DNA of 64,000 bases, taken from the IMG/VR virus record IMGVR_UViG_3300020733_000010, positions 32,001-96,000 of that record; one strand, given 5' to 3'. Made by a program: the position numbers and the translations under genes. Origin of the DNA: a virus. The notes beneath the pieces are model-generated. The model saw only the letters and a program-made list of their open reading frames with translations. It did not search any database and had not been told where the DNA came from. Positions 51,909 to 61,827 of this stretch are shown here, in pieces; within the stretch, counting starts at the first letter, position 1; the number at the start of each line of letters is the position of its first letter.

Positions 51909-54900
51909 TTATCCTAAACCGGGTATTTTTAGACCGCCCAAATTGCTAGGTAACCCAGATATATTTGTATTTTTAGCGATACTAGCAATATCGGGACCAT
52001 TTGCCGCGTTTGTTGAACTAGTACTTGCACTTTGTGTTGGTGCATTAGTTATTGATTTGTTTTGTAAATCTGAAAGTGACTGCTGAGTTGCATTAATTTG
52101 TTGCAATTTTGCTTGATATGCCTGTGATGCTGCTTGTGTCTCGGGAGCGGAGTCACCATACTTAAGTTTTGCATCAAGATATGTTTTACGCAATGGCCAT
52201 TGTTCATCTTGCTGTGTATCTAATTGTTTTTTCAATTCATCGTATTTTGCAACATCTGCTGATGACAATGGAGGTGGAAGTTTGAATGATCCAAACGGAA
52301 TAGATGGAATCTTACTGTCCCCTAATAGTGATTTTGCTTGGCTTGCCATGTCAGTAGCATCAAATGTATTTGAAGCGACTGTTGGTAATTGAACTGGAAC
52401 TGGACCACCTGCACCAAGGGAGTTTATTGCACTTGATAGTTTTGCTGCGTCTGAGCTGCTTAATCCTGCGCCAGCAAGACCTACTAGTCCACCTGCATTC
52501 TGTGCTTGATTTTTCAAATCATTTAATGAAGACAAACTTGGAATCCCTCCCGCAAGAGATATCCCACTTATTGCTGAAGTAATTGACCCTATACCGGGAA
52601 TATTAGGAAGTTTTCCTGCAATGTTTGATTTACTAGAATCAACTATGTTAGACACTGCCGATGCACCTCCTGGTAATGCATCAATGCCAGGAACACTTGA
52701 GGTTGCATTGTTTACAATATTGTTAACGGCTGCACCTGCAGTTTGAATTGTTGATCCTGGATCACTTGTATTTGCTGTTGCTGATTGTACTGCTGAATTA
52801 ACTGCGCTATTTGCGGCATTAATTGAGTTAGTTCCAATATTATCAGCACTTGATAAATTATTGATTGTTGTTGTTAACCCGGTAGTTGCTTTATTTGCTA
52901 AACCTGCAGCAATATCAGGTGATAACCCTACTTTTGATATTACCGAACCAATTAACCCTGCACCAATTGATCCTAGTCCTTTTAATATACCTGAACTATT
53001 ATTACCAGGTGCTTGAGAACTACCAGAGCCTGCATCTGCTGCTGCTTGTTCCTCTGATGCTTTTGCTTTTATCTCTGTTAAGTTTTGAGGTACTCCGGCA
53101 GATAATGGTTTGAACGTTGCTTTTATTTTTTCAAACGCTCCGGCTGCTGCACCTTTAATCTGATCGGTCAGTGATAGGTTAGGTGCTGCACCTGCAGTCA
53201 ACCCGCTTAATGATTTGTCAGACAAATTAGCAGCAAAATTACCACTTGATATCAAGTCCTTTGCTTTTCCCAAAAGATCACCTGCACTAGTAACACTTCC
53301 AGATGAGCCTAATGAGGTTAATCCTGCAACAACAGTTGCCGCCGCTGCTACACTTGTTACAGATGCTCCACCTGGAATAGAGTTAATATTTGTTTGGTTA
53401 TTTAATATAGCTTTCGCTGCATCGGCAGTAGGACCTGTACCTACAGTTGCTCCGCTTAATACTAAGCCTGCAGTGTTAGTTGGACTTTCATTATTACCAA
53501 TTACACCTGCTGTTTTTAAGTCACTTTCGCTCTTTGCAAGTAATACAACTGCTGTGCCTGTTTGTGCATTGACATTATTGACAAACTGGCTTACATTAGT
53601 TATACCATCTTTACCTGTAAAAAATGCTGGTGCCATTGCCTTGTCAATAGGTACACCTGATTGAATCATGTTATTGATTGCAACATCAGCTCCCGGTTTA
53701 AGAACACCTGATTGCGCCATTTGACTTGGATTTATTGCAAGAGGACCAAAAACTGCTGTTTTTGTTCCGTCTGTTGCAGTAACTACACCCGCACCTTGTT
53801 GAATAATACTTTGCGGAACTGCAACAGTTGCATTTGTTGCCATTTGAGAGACTAAAGTACTTGTCGTTGCTTTGTCGAGTGTTGCACTTGCTGCTGGTAT
53901 ATTAGGTACAGTAGATGCTAGTGAACTAGATGTAGGCGCAGTTGGGGTTTGGGGAACTGCACTGTTTACCGCAGAAACTGACGGTGAGGGTGCTGCTGGT
54001 AAATTTGCAGCCGCCGTCAAATTAGATTTAACGTCAACACCCAAGTTAGCACTTGCCCATGGTGCATGTGCTGGAGCACGACTTACAATACTTTGTAGTT
54101 TAGCTGGTGCAGGGATATATCCTCTTTCACTATCAAATAATGTATCAACATGTGGTTTAACTACTAATTGTGATACGTCATTTGGTACTAGTGAACTTGA
54201 CCCTGTGTTCAATTTAACGTCAGGACCACCATTAATATATGCAGTGCCTCCTGCTTTGATACTAGTATCTCCTGCAGCACTGCTACTCATTCCACCACCA
54301 ACTTTGTTTGTATAGTTACCCTTTACTTGTTGATTATAATCTGTTCCAGAAAACATTGTCGTTTGTTTACTAGATTGTAAATGAATGTTTTCAGCATTAA
54401 TGTTTAAGTCTTTGGTAGCATTGATGTTGATGTTATTATCAGCATGTAAGTTCAAATCACCTTGTGTTCTAACATTAACTGAGTTGGTTGAGTACATGTC
54501 AATTGTACCCTCTTTACCAAACTCAATATAACTTTGACCACTACTATGCATAATCATCAACAATTGTGCGGTGTCATTCATCATGACCATATGACCGCCC
54601 GTAGTACGAAAACGCATCAATTGATCTTTACCAACAACATCACCGTCATCCATTACTAATGTATGTCCACCGGTACGTCCTACAACTTTAAAATTAGTAT
54701 TTGATTCTTTATTAGCGATTGCTGCACCAAGTGTGCTATCATCATATCCACCTTGATAGATTGGACGTCCTGGGGTACTCATACCAAATACTCTACTTGG
54801 ACTTTCACGTTGTGCGCTACTACTGATAGTTCCCCTATCACTATCTCTTATTAACCCCTGTTTGTTTAATATAGCTGCTTGATAGCTATGAACAACTTTA

Positions 54901-55445
54901 GGTTGTTGTGTTAACGTAGTTGATTGGTCTTGTTTAGTGTTTGCGTTATTAATTTCACTAACTGGCAATCGTGTTGAGCCGCCATATGATTTTGCTTCAC
55001 CCTCATTTGCAACAATTGAATCACTTGATCCTATTGCAGGGACCATGTGATTTAATCCTGCTCTTGGTAAAGAACCAACATAATAACCTTGATTAGGTTT
55101 ACCATCAACAAATATACAAATAACTTCTGTTCCTATATCAGGTGGAGTAGCCCAAAATCCATAACTTTGGGGATTGCCTACATACTTACCATAATCACTT
55201 GACGATGATGTATTATCAGTATAACCAAAGAAAGGACTCATATAACTTACAGTAGTCCACTTTCTTGCGTCATTTTCATTTGGAGATCCTGTTTGTCTTA
55301 AGAATACTTGAATTTTTCCTGAATGTGTAGGATCAATGTTGTTCTTCACAATGCCAATAATAGGATGCGAGTATAGTACGGCACCACCACGATCATCTTT
55401 AGTGCTTTTAAGTTGCCCTTTGACTTTTGGTATATTATCTGCCAT
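51909..55445 (-). CDS. gp5: baseplate hub spike, gp5/VgrG-like, with a long C-terminal extension
   Basis: OB-fold IVKNNIDP..SGKIQV...W.TPPDIGTEV; GHTLVMDD...RTTGGH beta-helix; about 700 aa A/S/G-rich tail. Confidence 0.75.
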   Translation of the reverse strand: MADNIPKVKGQLKSTKDDRGGAVLYSHPIIGIVKNNIDPTHSGKIQVFLRQTGSPNENDARKWTTVSYMSPFFGYTDNTSSSSDYGKYVGNPQSYGFWATPPDIGTEVICIFVDGKPNQGYYVGSLPRAGLNHMVPAIGSSDSIVANEGEAKSYGGSTRLPVSEINNANTKQDQSTTLTQQPKVVHSYQAAILNKQGLIRDSDRGTISSSAQRESPSRVFGMSTPGRPIYQGGYDDSTLGAAIANKESNTNFKVVGRTGGHTLVMDDGDVVGKDQLMRFRTTGGHMVMMNDTAQLLMIMHSSGQSYIEFGKEGTIDMYSTNSVNVRTQGDLNLHADNNININATKDLNINAENIHLQSSKQTTMFSGTDYNQQVKGNYTNKVGGGMSSSAAGDTSIKAGGTAYINGGPDVKLNTGSSSLVPNDVSQLVVKPHVDTLFDSERGYIPAPAKLQSIVSRAPAHAPWASANLGVDVKSNLTAAANLPAAPSPSVSAVNSAVPQTPTAPTSSSLASTVPNIPAASATLDKATTSTLVSQMATNATVAVPQSIIQQGAGVVTATDGTKTAVFGPLAINPSQMAQSGVLKPGADVAINNMIQSGVPIDKAMAPAFFTGKDGITNVSQFVNNVNAQTGTAVVLLAKSESDLKTAGVIGNNESPTNTAGLVLSGATVGTGPTADAAKAILNNQTNINSIPGGASVTSVAAAATVVAGLTSLGSSGSVTSAGDLLGKAKDLISSGNFAANLSDKSLSGLTAGAAPNLSLTDQIKGAAAGAFEKIKATFKPLSAGVPQNLTEIKAKASEEQAAADAGSGSSQAPGNNSSGILKGLGSIGAGLIGSVISKVGLSPDIAAGLANKATTGLTTTINNLSSADNIGTNSINAANSAVNSAVQSATANTSDPGSTIQTAGAAVNNIVNNATSSVPGIDALPGGASAVSNIVDSSKSNIAGKLPNIPGIGSITSAISGISLAGGIPSLSSLNDLKNQAQNAGGLVGLAGAGLSSSDAAKLSSAINSLGAGGPVPVQLPTVASNTFDATDMASQAKSLLGDSKIPSIPFGSFKLPPPLSSADVAKYDELKKQLDTQQDEQWPLRKTYLDAKLKYGDSAPETQAASQAYQAKLQQINATQQSLSDLQNKSITNAPTQSASTSSTNAANGPDIASIAKNTNISGLPSNLGGLKIPGLG

Positions 55446-55453
55446 GTTATTCC

Positions 55454-58057
55454 TTAATCTCTTCCGTCATTTGGATCGCTACCGTAAACAGTTTGTCCAT
55501 TTTTATTAGTCCACTTTTTGATAACGACTCCGGTGTCTTGTACTGCACGTTTGACACTATTTCCAAAGTTATTCTCATCATCATCAGCAGAAACACCTGT
55601 TGCTGCTTGTTGTGTACCTTTAATAGCACCTTGACCATTGTCACCTTGGTCAATTCTACGAGGGTCCGTTTCTGCAAAACTTGCGCCTCCTCTGCCTGAG
55701 CCACCTTTGCTGTCAGTTTTATTTTTAGAGAAACGTGGACTAGATCCATTGTCACCTGACATTGATAATGTACCGTGCCCATTACCATTGCCGTTCTCAG
55801 AAGGTTGTTCTCTGCCGCCTGCAGTAGATGTACTTGAATTTGAATTTGAAGGTGCGGTGATGTCTGTTAATTGCTCCCATATAGGCATCATTACATGAAA
55901 TTCTTGTGTGAATGATCCTTTAACGAATAAGCTCTTTACTGCAATTACAATATAAATTATACCTGAAGTCTTTGGTGCAACATCAGCTGGGTATTTGTAG
56001 AAGTCAATATTACCATTTGGACCAATATCACCCGGTTGTCCACCAGTCAATAGTCCTATACTATTATCATAATCACTTGCTTGTTTGAAATTGATTTCGA
56101 TAAAAACCTGTCCATGATTGGGGTTGACTGTAAAATCTTTGCCATACCATTTTGAATACGCTGCACCTATCGAGTCATTTACTGTTGGCATTAAAAAATC
56201 AGGATCACCCATTATTTTAATATGTGCCTTAACTTGGTCATCCATTGAATACAAAAACGATTTAACAGAGTTAATTTGCTCCATTGCACCGCTAAACAAT
56301 GATGTTGGATCTTCGTTTTGTGCGTACACTGGATTATTGGGAACTCCTCTTAGTTTGTTAACTACAGAGTTGTTGTTTATAGAAACAGCATTATAATATA
56401 GAGAGTTATAGTTCACTTCATAACTCAACACGCTTGTATTTTTTCCTGTATACCAATAGTCATAAATTTTGTGTGGGCCATAATATTTTGATGTGACTCC
56501 TGCACCTGCTGCTAACAGGTATGGTACTTCATACTTGCTTATTTTGTAGGTTATCTTATAAGCATACATGTTCCTCACTTCATCAAAGTCAATTACTTCG
56601 GCTGATGTGTTAATGTTAAACCATGATAGAACTTTTGGTGAGGTATTGTCAACTGAGTTACTATCAGCATCATTAATTTGTGCTAGTTGTTCTTTATCTT
56701 TAACTAATAATCTATCACGAATATAAGAACTTTGCAAAATGATAGTTTCTATTGCTTGAATCACAGGTGTTCCGGCTGGGAGTTCAATTGTCCTCATTGC
56801 TTTTTCAATAGCAAGTGCATTCCCCGATTCACTTGCCTTTACATTAACATCAGCAGTTGTTTTTGCCGGGTACAATGGAGTTCTATCTTTGTTATAGTAG
56901 CTTTGGTCCACTAACAATTCATCACCAATTCCACTGCTAGGATCAATTTCAATAACAAATTGATCCGCAATACCTATCTTTCCATATTTTTCACCTGGCT
57001 TTGGTTTAGCCCATTCTTTATATTGATCGTTAAGTAGTTGCTGCAATCCTTGAATATTGTTTGATCCAGTATTAGCATTTGAACCAATCAGTGCTTCAGA
57101 TACAGTAGATGCATTGACTGTCATCTTTGTATGTACTGCACCCTTCATTACACCAGTTGCTTCTACTTCTGCAGGTGTATATGCATCTACATGATATATA
57201 GATGTTTTGCCATCTAGTTTGAATTTTATATTTTGAAATTTTATAGGGAACGCTCGTTCAAAAACAGACTGTGAATCATATCGAGTTGTATCCGGCTGTG
57301 TATAATCTTCACCAGTCACTAGTTTTCCATTTTTATCGTATCCATAAAACTGCACTAACAATACATATTTGATAATATTTGATGCTAATAACCCTGTCCC
57401 AGCTGAAGGTAATTTATTTAGATAGTTCTTAAGAATATTACTCTTTGATATCATTTGAGTATAAGCAGCACCTATTCTTGAAACCAGACTAAACCCATAA
57501 GGTTCAAATATTTTAAATTTGAACATCTGTGTCATACTAGCAGCTTGGTTGCTTTTTGTGTAAATTTTACTGTCAATTTCCAATTCATCTAGGAAAAAGT
57601 CCAACTCAAATCCATCAGCACGTTTATTATCTGCACCACTGTTATTGATACCACCTGATGCACAAATTAAGTTCATACTTGATAGTGGTACATATCCACC
57701 AATAGCTAATTTATTGTAATCATCAGGATTAACAATGAACAAACTGATCTTATATGTGTAACTACTAAAATCACCTAAGGGGTTATAGGTTCTTCTTCCT
57801 GGCAAACCCTCAAAAGGTGTTGCTCCTGTTTTATTAGATGCCCCGCCCGGAACAAAAGTATTTGTATTTGAGTTATCACCTTGAGACAAATTATTTGCTC
57901 CGGCGTTCTGTGTCGCTAATCCAGCATTGGTATTAGGAGTAGAAGTAGTACCCTTTTGACTATCTTGCTTAATCTGTTTAGTTGATACATCACCGGTTTG
58001 GTCGCCGTCTGCAACTGTTTCAACTGCTTGTTTTGATTGGTCAATTGTAGCTGGCAT
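55454..58057 (-). CDS. baseplate hub protein (gp27-like)
   Basis: Between gp53-like and gp5-like; IKIMGDPDF...Y.V..VKS.F.KGSFTQE. Confidence 0.55.
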   Translation of the reverse strand: MPATIDQSKQAVETVADGDQTGDVSTKQIKQDSQKGTTSTPNTNAGLATQNAGANNLSQGDNSNTNTFVPGGASNKTGATPFEGLPGRRTYNPLGDFSSYTYKISLFIVNPDDYNKLAIGGYVPLSSMNLICASGGINNSGADNKRADGFELDFFLDELEIDSKIYTKSNQAASMTQMFKFKIFEPYGFSLVSRIGAAYTQMISKSNILKNYLNKLPSAGTGLLASNIIKYVLLVQFYGYDKNGKLVTGEDYTQPDTTRYDSQSVFERAFPIKFQNIKFKLDGKTSIYHVDAYTPAEVEATGVMKGAVHTKMTVNASTVSEALIGSNANTGSNNIQGLQQLLNDQYKEWAKPKPGEKYGKIGIADQFVIEIDPSSGIGDELLVDQSYYNKDRTPLYPAKTTADVNVKASESGNALAIEKAMRTIELPAGTPVIQAIETIILQSSYIRDRLLVKDKEQLAQINDADSNSVDNTSPKVLSWFNINTSAEVIDFDEVRNMYAYKITYKISKYEVPYLLAAGAGVTSKYYGPHKIYDYWYTGKNTSVLSYEVNYNSLYYNAVSINNNSVVNKLRGVPNNPVYAQNEDPTSLFSGAMEQINSVKSFLYSMDDQVKAHIKIMGDPDFLMPTVNDSIGAAYSKWYGKDFTVNPNHGQVFIEINFKQASDYDNSIGLLTGGQPGDIGPNGNIDFYKYPADVAPKTSGIIYIVIAVKSLFVKGSFTQEFHVMMPIWEQLTDITAPSNSNSSTSTAGGREQPSENGNGNGHGTLSMSGDNGSSPRFSKNKTDSKGGSGRGGASFAETDPRRIDQGDNGQGAIKGTQQAATGVSADDDENNFGNSVKRAVQDTGVVIKKWTNKNGQTVYGSDPNDGRD

Positions 58058-58058
58058 C

Positions 58059-58364
58059 TTAGAATCCTAGCGATTGTTGCAGTGTTGATAATTTTGGAAT
58101 ATAGATACCCGTACCCTCAACAAAATCAAACAAAGGATCTTTCAATCTGTTTGGGTTACGTTGTGCAAACACCCACCATAATTTACTGCTACCGTATAAA
58201 TCATATGCTAACATATCAGGACGCATATTGTATGTTGCAGTGATTGTCCAATAATCATCGGTTGGATCAACTGTGACGGGTCTATTGACCATAAAATCTA
58301 AGAACTGATTGTTATAGACTTTTGTTAAAAAATAGGGACTAGTTTGTGAATATGCCATTACCAA
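58059..58364 (-). CDS. gp53: baseplate wedge gp53-like (LysM-like)
   Basis: RPDMLAYDLYGSSKLWWVFA..N...DPLFDF..G..IYIP. Confidence 0.8.
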   Translation of the reverse strand: MVMAYSQTSPYFLTKVYNNQFLDFMVNRPVTVDPTDDYWTITATYNMRPDMLAYDLYGSSKLWWVFAQRNPNRLKDPLFDFVEGTGIYIPKLSTLQQSLGF

Positions 58365-59749
58365 ATACCTCCGCCATTGCGTGTTGAACCTTTAAGTAAC
58401 TCACCTGTTGCATATTTACCCAAACTAAATGTGTTGCTAATATCATTTCTTGAAATGATTGGCAATGCTGTTATTTGAATTTGCATTTTTGTTGGAACAT
58501 ATGTTGCTTTTTCATTTGCTAATGCGGCAACAGTAGAAGTTAAATCAACTGGCTTGGCTTTTGTTATACCGTTGTTTTTTAATCTTGACTTGATTGCGTC
58601 AATGATTGATCCACTTAGTGCAGGCTTACTTGCAACTGAACTTGCTGTTATAGTTTGTCCACTCCATGTGTTACTTGATCCAGCACGAATATAATCTACT
58701 TCGTTTGGTAAGTTCAAGTTAAAAGATGTGATTGCTAGTGGATGGTTATCAAACTGAAATTGTCCAAGACCAGTTAAGTAACACAATGGTGGAGGTGTAC
58801 CTCCCCTTGGCTGATCGGCAGAGATAGGATCTTGACCATAAAACATTTTAGTCACGCTTTTGAAGAAATGTATTACTGCTAATAGATAGTTTGCTTCTTG
58901 TGTATCTTGTGCTGTAAATTCACATGTAATTTGAACTTCATCTACTGAACTTCCTTTGTATGCATGTGATTTATAATTTGAATGAATCAATTCAGTTGTA
59001 TCATAGTTTGCACGATAACCAACTGTAATGTTAGGCGTATACGGGAATATGACCCCTCCTGTCGCCCTCAATGGGTATAATAAGTCAGTTACTTTAATAT
59101 TCGGGTCATTGTAAAAATAATTAGAGCTTGGAGCCAAACTTAAACGAACACGCCAATCATCAGCCGCACGTACTGATTTTTGCTGAAGAACTTTTGAACC
59201 CCCTTGTGCTGCATTAACTGATGTTGCACTTGTAGGAGTGTTATTTCCAGGAGTGTTTTGTTTTTCTAACCTTTGTGTTTCTGAGTTTGATTGACTTGCA
59301 GCAAACTCAGAATTAGTTTTATTTTGTTGGTCAGTTACAACTGATGGTGGTGCATATGTATTATCAACTGTTGCTGTAACCGGTGTTACTGTCGAAACTG
59401 CTTGTGTACTAGAAGTAGTATCTGACACCACAGGGGTCAACTGTGAAGCGGGAGTTGGCGTAATAGTTGACTGTCCGTTACTAACATATGGGTCGGCCCC
59501 GTTATCAGCGTTTGTTTGTGCCTGTGCTGTTGGTGTTGGGTTAGCTGATCCGGTTATTGCAGTCAACACACTTTGTTGAGTTTGAGCTAACGTAGCTGCT
59601 GGTGTATTTGTTGTTATAACTAGGTTTGCTGCAGGATCACTGCTTGAAACAGGGAAATTTTGTGAGATGAAGGCAGCGGCATTAGCCCTAGTATCATTAG
59701 TTATATTTTGATTTTGCCCAACGATGACGTTGTTATCTATTGTTGCCAT
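58358..59749 (-). CDS. tail tube initiator / baseplate cap (gp48/gp54-like) with a low-complexity N-terminus
   Basis: GGVIFPYTP...FTAQ...AVIHFFKSVTKMFYG...PPP.C.L.G.G..QF...P..I.SF. Confidence 0.65.
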   Translation of the reverse strand: MATIDNNVIVGQNQNITNDTRANAAAFISQNFPVSSSDPAANLVITTNTPAATLAQTQQSVLTAITGSANPTPTAQAQTNADNGADPYVSNGQSTITPTPASQLTPVVSDTTSSTQAVSTVTPVTATVDNTYAPPSVVTDQQNKTNSEFAASQSNSETQRLEKQNTPGNNTPTSATSVNAAQGGSKVLQQKSVRAADDWRVRLSLAPSSNYFYNDPNIKVTDLLYPLRATGGVIFPYTPNITVGYRANYDTTELIHSNYKSHAYKGSSVDEVQITCEFTAQDTQEANYLLAVIHFFKSVTKMFYGQDPISADQPRGGTPPPLCYLTGLGQFQFDNHPLAITSFNLNLPNEVDYIRAGSSNTWSGQTITASSVASKPALSGSIIDAIKSRLKNNGITKAKPVDLTSTVAALANEKATYVPTKMQIQITALPIISRNDISNTFSLGKYATGELLKGSTRNGGGIW

Positions 59750-59772
59750 TGCATTTATACCTTTACTAAATA

Positions 59773-59778
59773 TATTTA
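59773..59778 (-). promoter_or_regulatory. late promoter of the baseplate operon
   Basis: GATAAATA on the minus strand. The same motif occurs at 51406-51411, 51900-51905, 31764-31769, 30985-30990, 28745-28750 and 16958-16963. Confidence 0.7.
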
Positions 59779-59813
59779 TCGCATCAAAAAACCCCCATTT
59801 TTACCGTAATCTG

Positions 59814-59842
59814 TTGCATTTCTGCAACAAAAGTATTACAAT
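59814..59842 (+). promoter_or_regulatory. sigma70-type promoter of the late sigma factor gene
   Basis: TTGCAT-N17-TACAAT, overlapped by the inverted repeat TGTTGCA-N4-TGCAACA. Confidence 0.65.
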
Positions 59843-59867
59843 ATCTACATCATAATAACGGAGAACT

Positions 59868-60761
59868 ATGAGCCTCATACCACATAAAAAGCCGGTTAAC
59901 TACCTCAATAACAAAGACATTCTAAAAGAGATTCACACAAGTAAAAACGCATATTGTTTATTCAAAGACCCATCGGATCATAGATATGACTATATTGTTG
60001 ACATGCCCACTGAAACTCTTGAAAAGAGTTTTGAACATATGCAGAAACCTGAAATTATTCAGGAAGCAAAAGAAACTCGTGCCACACGACTAAGTGTTGA
60101 AACTGGTGAAAAGGTAAACCCAGAAGATATCAAAGACACAGACTTAGTATTTCGTGTCATGACCTGGGATCATATTCCAGTCGCACCAAAAGCACCACGT
60201 AAAGTTGACAAAAAGAAAACAGCAAAAGATATCTTTTCATTTGATGAAGACACCGATGAAATCTTTGCTGACCTAGAAGATACTACAACCAAACAAGAAA
60301 TTGACGATATGGTTCATGTCAAAGTAAACTTCCCACCATTTCAACATTTCAAGTTTACCCGTGGTGGCAACATCAAATGTGTGGGCAAGAGTCATTGGAT
60401 CGGTGATTTGAAAACAGGCGAATTTTCAAAAGATCACGGACAAATCACTAACAAACTAGCACGTATGTACATTATGATGTGCGAGAAATATGCTATGAAA
60501 TTTAACTGGCGCGGATATACATACAACGATGAAATGCGTAACAGTGCCATTCTACAGCTTACGTATGTTGGCTTACGCTTTAACGAAGCTAAATCTGCTA
60601 ATCCATTCGCATACTATACCGCAGCTATCACAAACAGTTTCTGCCGTGTATTGAATAGTGAGAAGCGTAACCAAAACATTCGTGACGATATCTTAGAACT
60701 AAACGGGCTTAACCCAAGTTGGACTCGTCAAGGTATCACTGCCGGTTCATACGAAGAATAA
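59868..60761 (+). CDS. gp55: late-transcription sigma factor, T4 gp55-like
   Basis: NYLNNKDIL; NWRGYTYNDEM; FNEAKSANPFAYYT...NSFCRVLNSEK. Confidence 0.85.
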   Translation: MSLIPHKKPVNYLNNKDILKEIHTSKNAYCLFKDPSDHRYDYIVDMPTETLEKSFEHMQKPEIIQEAKETRATRLSVETGEKVNPEDIKDTDLVFRVMTWDHIPVAPKAPRKVDKKKTAKDIFSFDEDTDEIFADLEDTTTKQEIDDMVHVKVNFPPFQHFKFTRGGNIKCVGKSHWIGDLKTGEFSKDHGQITNKLARMYIMMCEKYAMKFNWRGYTYNDEMRNSAILQLTYVGLRFNEAKSANPFAYYTAAITNSFCRVLNSEKRNQNIRDDILELNGLNPSWTRQGITAGSYEE

Positions 60762-60813
60762 ATTTAACCATAGGGATTGCTTTTGTAGTCCCTATTCCTT
60801 TATACTAACACTT

Positions 60814-61827
60814 ATGAGTAACCTTTTTAAGAAGGCTGCTATTTTTACCGACATTCATTTTGGTCTAAAAAGCAATAGCCTACAACATAACACTGACTGT
60901 TCCGATTTTGTAGATTGGTTCATACAAGAAGCAAAAAAAGAAAATTGCGAGACTTGTTTCTTCTTGGGCGATTACAACCATCATCGTGCAAGCATTAACA
61001 TTCAAACACTACAGTTTGGTCTACGAGCACTGGAAAAATTAAACGATGCATTTGCTACTGTATATTTTATCCCCGGAAATCACGACTTATATTATCGTGA
61101 TCGCCGTGATATTCATTCTATTGAATGGGCAAAGCATTTACCGAACGTTAAAATTATTAATGACTTCTTCAGTGAAGGTGATGTAGTAATTAGTCCTTGG
61201 TTAGTTGAAGAAGATTACAAGCGTGTTCAAAAACTGTCAGGCAAATATCTGTTTGGTCATTTTGAACTGCCACACTTTTACATGAACGCTATGGTTGAGA
61301 TGCCTGACAATGGTGAAATCTCAATCAATCACATGACACAGTTTGACCAAGTGTTTAGCGGTCATTTTCACAAACGTCAGTCAAGCAATAACATCTGGTA
61401 CATTGGTAATGCATTCCCGCATAACTATGCAGACGCAGGTGACGATGCACGTGGTATGTGTATACTAGAATGGGGAGAAGAGCCTGCTTTCCGTAGCTGG
61501 CCTAAACAACCACTATATCGTGTTTATAAATTAAGTGATGTGTTAGAGAACCCACAGGGTTTGCTATTACCTGACAGTCATGTTAGGGTACATCTTGACA
61601 TTGATATCAGTTATGAAGAAGCAAACTTTATTCGTGAAACACTTATTCCCGAACACAAATTGCGTGAAATGGCATTGATACCTATGAAGGTTGAACAAAC
61701 TGAACAACAAGGTCCCGATGGATTACACTTTGAAAGCGTAGATCAAATCGTCATCGACCAAATCAATAGTATTGAGTCAAATAGTTTTGACAAAAAGATT
61801 TTGCTAGACATTTACAATAACCTATGA
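60814..61827 (+). CDS. gp47: recombination nuclease subunit (gp47/Mre11/SbcD-like)
   Basis: TDIHFG; FLGD; PGNHD; FGHFE; FSGHFH. Confidence 0.9.
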   Translation: MSNLFKKAAIFTDIHFGLKSNSLQHNTDCSDFVDWFIQEAKKENCETCFFLGDYNHHRASINIQTLQFGLRALEKLNDAFATVYFIPGNHDLYYRDRRDIHSIEWAKHLPNVKIINDFFSEGDVVISPWLVEEDYKRVQKLSGKYLFGHFELPHFYMNAMVEMPDNGEISINHMTQFDQVFSGHFHKRQSSNNIWYIGNAFPHNYADAGDDARGMCILEWGEEPAFRSWPKQPLYRVYKLSDVLENPQGLLLPDSHVRVHLDIDISYEEANFIRETLIPEHKLREMALIPMKVEQTEQQGPDGLHFESVDQIVIDQINSIESNSFDKKILLDIYNNL

